A stretch of DNA of 64,000 bases from Podarcis liolepis (taxonomy: Eukaryota). How positions within the stretch are numbered: position 1 is the first letter of the stretch; each line of letters begins with the position of its first letter. Location: NCBI GenBank assembly GCA_965112155.1, contig OZ218104.1. One strand, written 5' to 3'. A model generated the notes under the pieces. It ran no database searches. It was given only the letters and a program-made list of their open reading frames with translations, and had not been told where the DNA came from. Shown here piece by piece: positions 60,549 through 64,000 of this stretch. Made by a program: the position numbers and the translations under genes.

Positions 60549-60776
60549 CAGTGGTACCTCGGGTTACATACGCTTCAGGTTACATATGCTCTGCTAACCC
60601 AGAAATATTACCTTGGGTTACAAACTTTGCTTCAGGATGAGAACAGAAATCGGGCTCCGGCAGCGCAGCGGCAGCAGGAGGCCCCATTAGCTAAAGTGGT
60701 GCTTCGGGTTAAGAACAGTTTCAGGTTAAGAACAGACGTCCGGAACGAATTAAGTACTTAACCCGAGGTACCACTG
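60549..60776. mobile_element. Tigger-like MITE
   Basis: TA-flanked TIRs. Confidence 0.85.
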
Positions 60777-62036
60777 TATGTGGTATGGCTTTTTGATGTC
60801 CGATTGAGCTTCTATCCAGGCAGAACCCAGGGCAGGTGATCAATTGTGTGTGTTTGTGGGGGTTAATCGTTTGTCACCTGCCCCCCAACTTTTCAGTGTA
60901 CTTCTCCATCGCTTTCCCAACCCCCAAAAGTCTTCCTTTTAAAGTGGGTAGGTTGTGCTTGGGCAAAATAGGTCTTCAATCCACTTTAACTGCTGAAATC
61001 TGAATTTTCGCTGTGCACCTGAATTCTTCATGACAGCCTGGCAATCACCAGAATATTCAGATGTTTCAAGAAAGAGGCACGCAGGAAAGGAGACGCGCCC
61101 CCCCCCCGTACCGTTCCAGATTTTGTTGCACCTGGGCTCATTCATCCCAGCCCGAGGGCTTCCTTAGGCACTTGGCTGCCTTAGGCAAAGGAGGGAAGGA
61201 GCCTCACCCTCCCAGACCCAGCAAGCTCTTGTCAACTTTGATAGTATCTTTCCTGGGCTTTGCTACCCAAGTTCCAGGTAAGACCTGTCAGAAGACTGAA
61301 ACTAGGTCATCTTGCATGCAGGGTGCACTGAACCTGGGATGGCCATGTGCCCCACTGTACAGGGGAGAGTCCTCTAAAGGAAGGGCACTCCTCAGTTTGA
61401 AGAAGACCTCTTTTTGAAGTCCACAAAATGCATGACTCTGTTTCCTTACTCTTTGCACTGTCCCCAGAACAGATGTGTGTGTTCATTCCTGGCACCCAGT
61501 GAAATGTGGGCATGTTGAAGGGGACATGTTCTATGCAGGAGAGGCTGAGACAGTGCAGGTTATCTGCAGGAGCTGATAGTCTAACCTCTATATCAGTTCT
61601 GTGCTAGCAAATTGGGTTGGGTGCTCAATGAATTGGTCATCGGGAAGAGCTTTCTCTCTCTGCTGGCAGGATCATGCAGAGAATCCAGACTGGATCAAGC
61701 CCATGCCCAGTGCACACTGAGTTGTATAGAGGATGCCAGTCCACCCATTCAGCTCTGCACCTTTCAGTGGCTCTCTATTTGCCAATTGCAGGAGGGAGAG
61801 TGGTTGCCTTAAATACTCTGCTTTGGGGGTCTTCCTAGAAAAATCTGGTTTATTTTCAGTATAAGCTGTGCTGGAGGTTGTTCTGGATCAAAAGGCAGGA
61901 CTGAAAACAAAACAATCAACTTTTGCCAAACGTAACAGTTCTAGCAACTTCATACTAGCTTCACGAGTTGCAAAAAATTGACAGGCGCCCGGGGACGGAA
62001 GATGCCAGCAACTGTTCCACACAGCTCAGTAATATA

Positions 62037-62701
62037 TAGGGATTGGTAAATATGCAAGTTTGGGGTTCTCCGTTTCTCATTTTCCCAGTCTTCACTTCTC
62101 TACAATTTCCACATCAGTTTGCAATTTAAGAAAAGGAAGAATCCTCATGAAAATGTACTATCTGCGCTTTCCGGAAACAACTGAAGATGTTTTTGTTCCG
62201 ACAGGCTTTTCCTGCTGGATAAATGGATCTTTGCTACAAGTGTCCATTTGTTTGGGTTTTCAGTCTTGTTTTTCAATGTATTTGTTGCTTTTCTTTTAGA
62301 ATGTTTTAAATTATATGTAAATCACCTTAAGATGGTGGTTTAGAAGGCGATTAATAAATCAGTGGTGATGATCATCCATCAGCATTTCCTGTGCAAATTT
62401 CTCCTAATACGCACATTTCTGAATGCAATTTTCCCTGATAAAGACATTTTTGCAAAGCAAGTTCCCCTGATATAATGCATTCTGTATGTGGTTTATACTG
62501 ATATGCCTCTTAATGTACACTTAAGCCTGGTATATCCATTTTTGCACACATAAATTGGCTGGAGAACTGCATTGCAAGATCTTGAGAAGGATGAGTTTTG
62601 AAGAATGTCTGCGTTTTGTTTGTGTGTGTTGTTTTGGAAAGTGCTAATTAAGCAAATTCATCATTAAATGCAAATGGAATCAAATTTCTCCCTCGTCCCT
62701 A
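62037..62701. mobile_element. hAT (TAGGGA-TIR) element with nested L2-like 3' end (~62165-62365)
   Basis: tagggatt...cgtcccta ends; TSD gtaatata/gtaatttt; homologous to 29362-29770. Confidence 0.65.
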
Positions 62702-64000
62702 GTAATTTTCCACTAGGCTCTCCCTAGGCAAAGTCTCTTTGCTTTGGATGTATTTGCAAAACCTCATTTAAAAAAAAGGAAAACAGCAGCAGCACCACAC
62801 TTTGCAGCAGAAAGAGAGGGAAAGGCTAAAGAGATTTTGGTATAAAAGAGTGTTATGTAAGACTGAAGAGTCCCCGGATTTCAAATCCCGAGTCAACTAT
62901 CCGTCCCATTAAGGGATCTTGGGCCAGTAACTATTTCCATCTCCCAGAAGAATAAAGGAATGGAAAAGGCAGATGCTAAAAAATCTTTTCACAGACCAGT
63001 TTTGAGCAGACTGTAGCTATGTAAGCAAGCTTTTAGGTTATACAGAATACTTCACTGGCATGAGTAGGAACTCAGTTTAAGTCAAAACTTTGTATCCTTA
63101 CACACTGACAAATATTTTCTTTCCTGAACTTTCTTTAGCAAACACTTCCCTAACCCACTCAAGCCTCACCATTTGTAGTATTATGAGAGTCTGCTCTGCA
63201 TCAATCATTAGCTTCTGTTCCACCCCTGATCTGTGTGCCCACTATAGAGTATAAAAAGTTGCCCAGTTATTGTAAGCATTAAATGTGAGCTAGGAAACTC
63301 TCTGATAGAGGGAAACGCCATCAACAACAATGCCCTAAATGTTTTACCAGTGATAATTAGTGCTGCTCCCACAGTTAATCAACTGAACTATTAGTTGATT
63401 AATCTACAAATACAAATTGTAACTGCCTGCTTTTGACCCCCTCCTCTTTTGACTTGCCATGCTTTGTCTGATTTTAAACAATATGTAAAATTTGGCAAAC
63501 CTCTAACATACAACATACTTTATAGATGGTTAGTTTTTACAGATGGGGAGTTGCGGCAGAAGGGGCGAAGAAAGAAAGAGAAAGACAGAGGTTCTTTTCC
63601 CCTGAGCCCAAGACAGAAAAAATGAGACACCTTTGCAGGCAGCTCTCTATGTACACCCCTTTGCTTCCCCAGGTGTTCTAAGGTCACTGCATTATTATTT
63701 TTTACTGATCCTGTTTCTTTGCTTTTAACAGCAACCTAACACAGAGAAGACCCAACAAAGGAAGCCTTTTCTTACCACTCAACGCTACAACAGGAAAGGC
63801 TGCATCTGCCTGATTTTTGCATTTCGGGCTGTGTTTAATGGCATAGCAGCTAAGCCAAAACAAAAGTATTTGTAAGTGAAATCCTACACAGTTTTCACCT
63901 CAGTGATACAGGATTGATTCTTCTGTCCATAGCAGATCCATAGTGTGTGCAGAAATTAAACCGGTGCAGCATCCCCAAGGATGCAGATGCAGCGGTGAGG

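Overview
Eukaryotic (vertebrate) genomic DNA, almost certainly from a lacertid lizard, judged from Sauria SINE and Squam3-type SINE copies. Two minus-strand genes are present in the order seen in mammals. MXRA8 coding exons 2-10 (55340-36835) can be reconstructed with GT-AG boundaries and an uninterrupted frame of 1268 nt; its signal-peptide exon 1 was not found. Further left is the first coding exon of DVL1 (23296-23127, DIX domain N-terminus) with its CpG island (~23900-24620); DVL1 intron 1 runs off the left edge (>23 kb). The rest is dense in TEs: Sauria SINEs, Squam3-like and tRNA-Ala-like SINEs, L2/CR1 fragments, Tc1/mariner and hAT MITEs with clear TSDs, and a CpG-rich DIRS/LTR-like terminal repeat. 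There is one 155-N gap. Most notable: (i) a 138-bp inverted copy of nearby DNA inserted inside an L2 element at a microhomology; (ii) SINEs in which three different Pol III heads (5S rRNA, tRNA-Lys, tRNA-Ile) sit on one shared CR1-type tail; (iii) inverted Sauria SINEs bracketing MXRA8 exons 3-5, which could give a stop-free 873-nt circRNA; (iv) TE sequence possibly supplying MXRA8 processing signals (branch point, poly(A) signal, alternative promoter/donor); (v) a four-level nested TE stack just 3' of the MXRA8 stop. Repeat-family names and ortholog comparisons come from recalled consensus features, not database searches.
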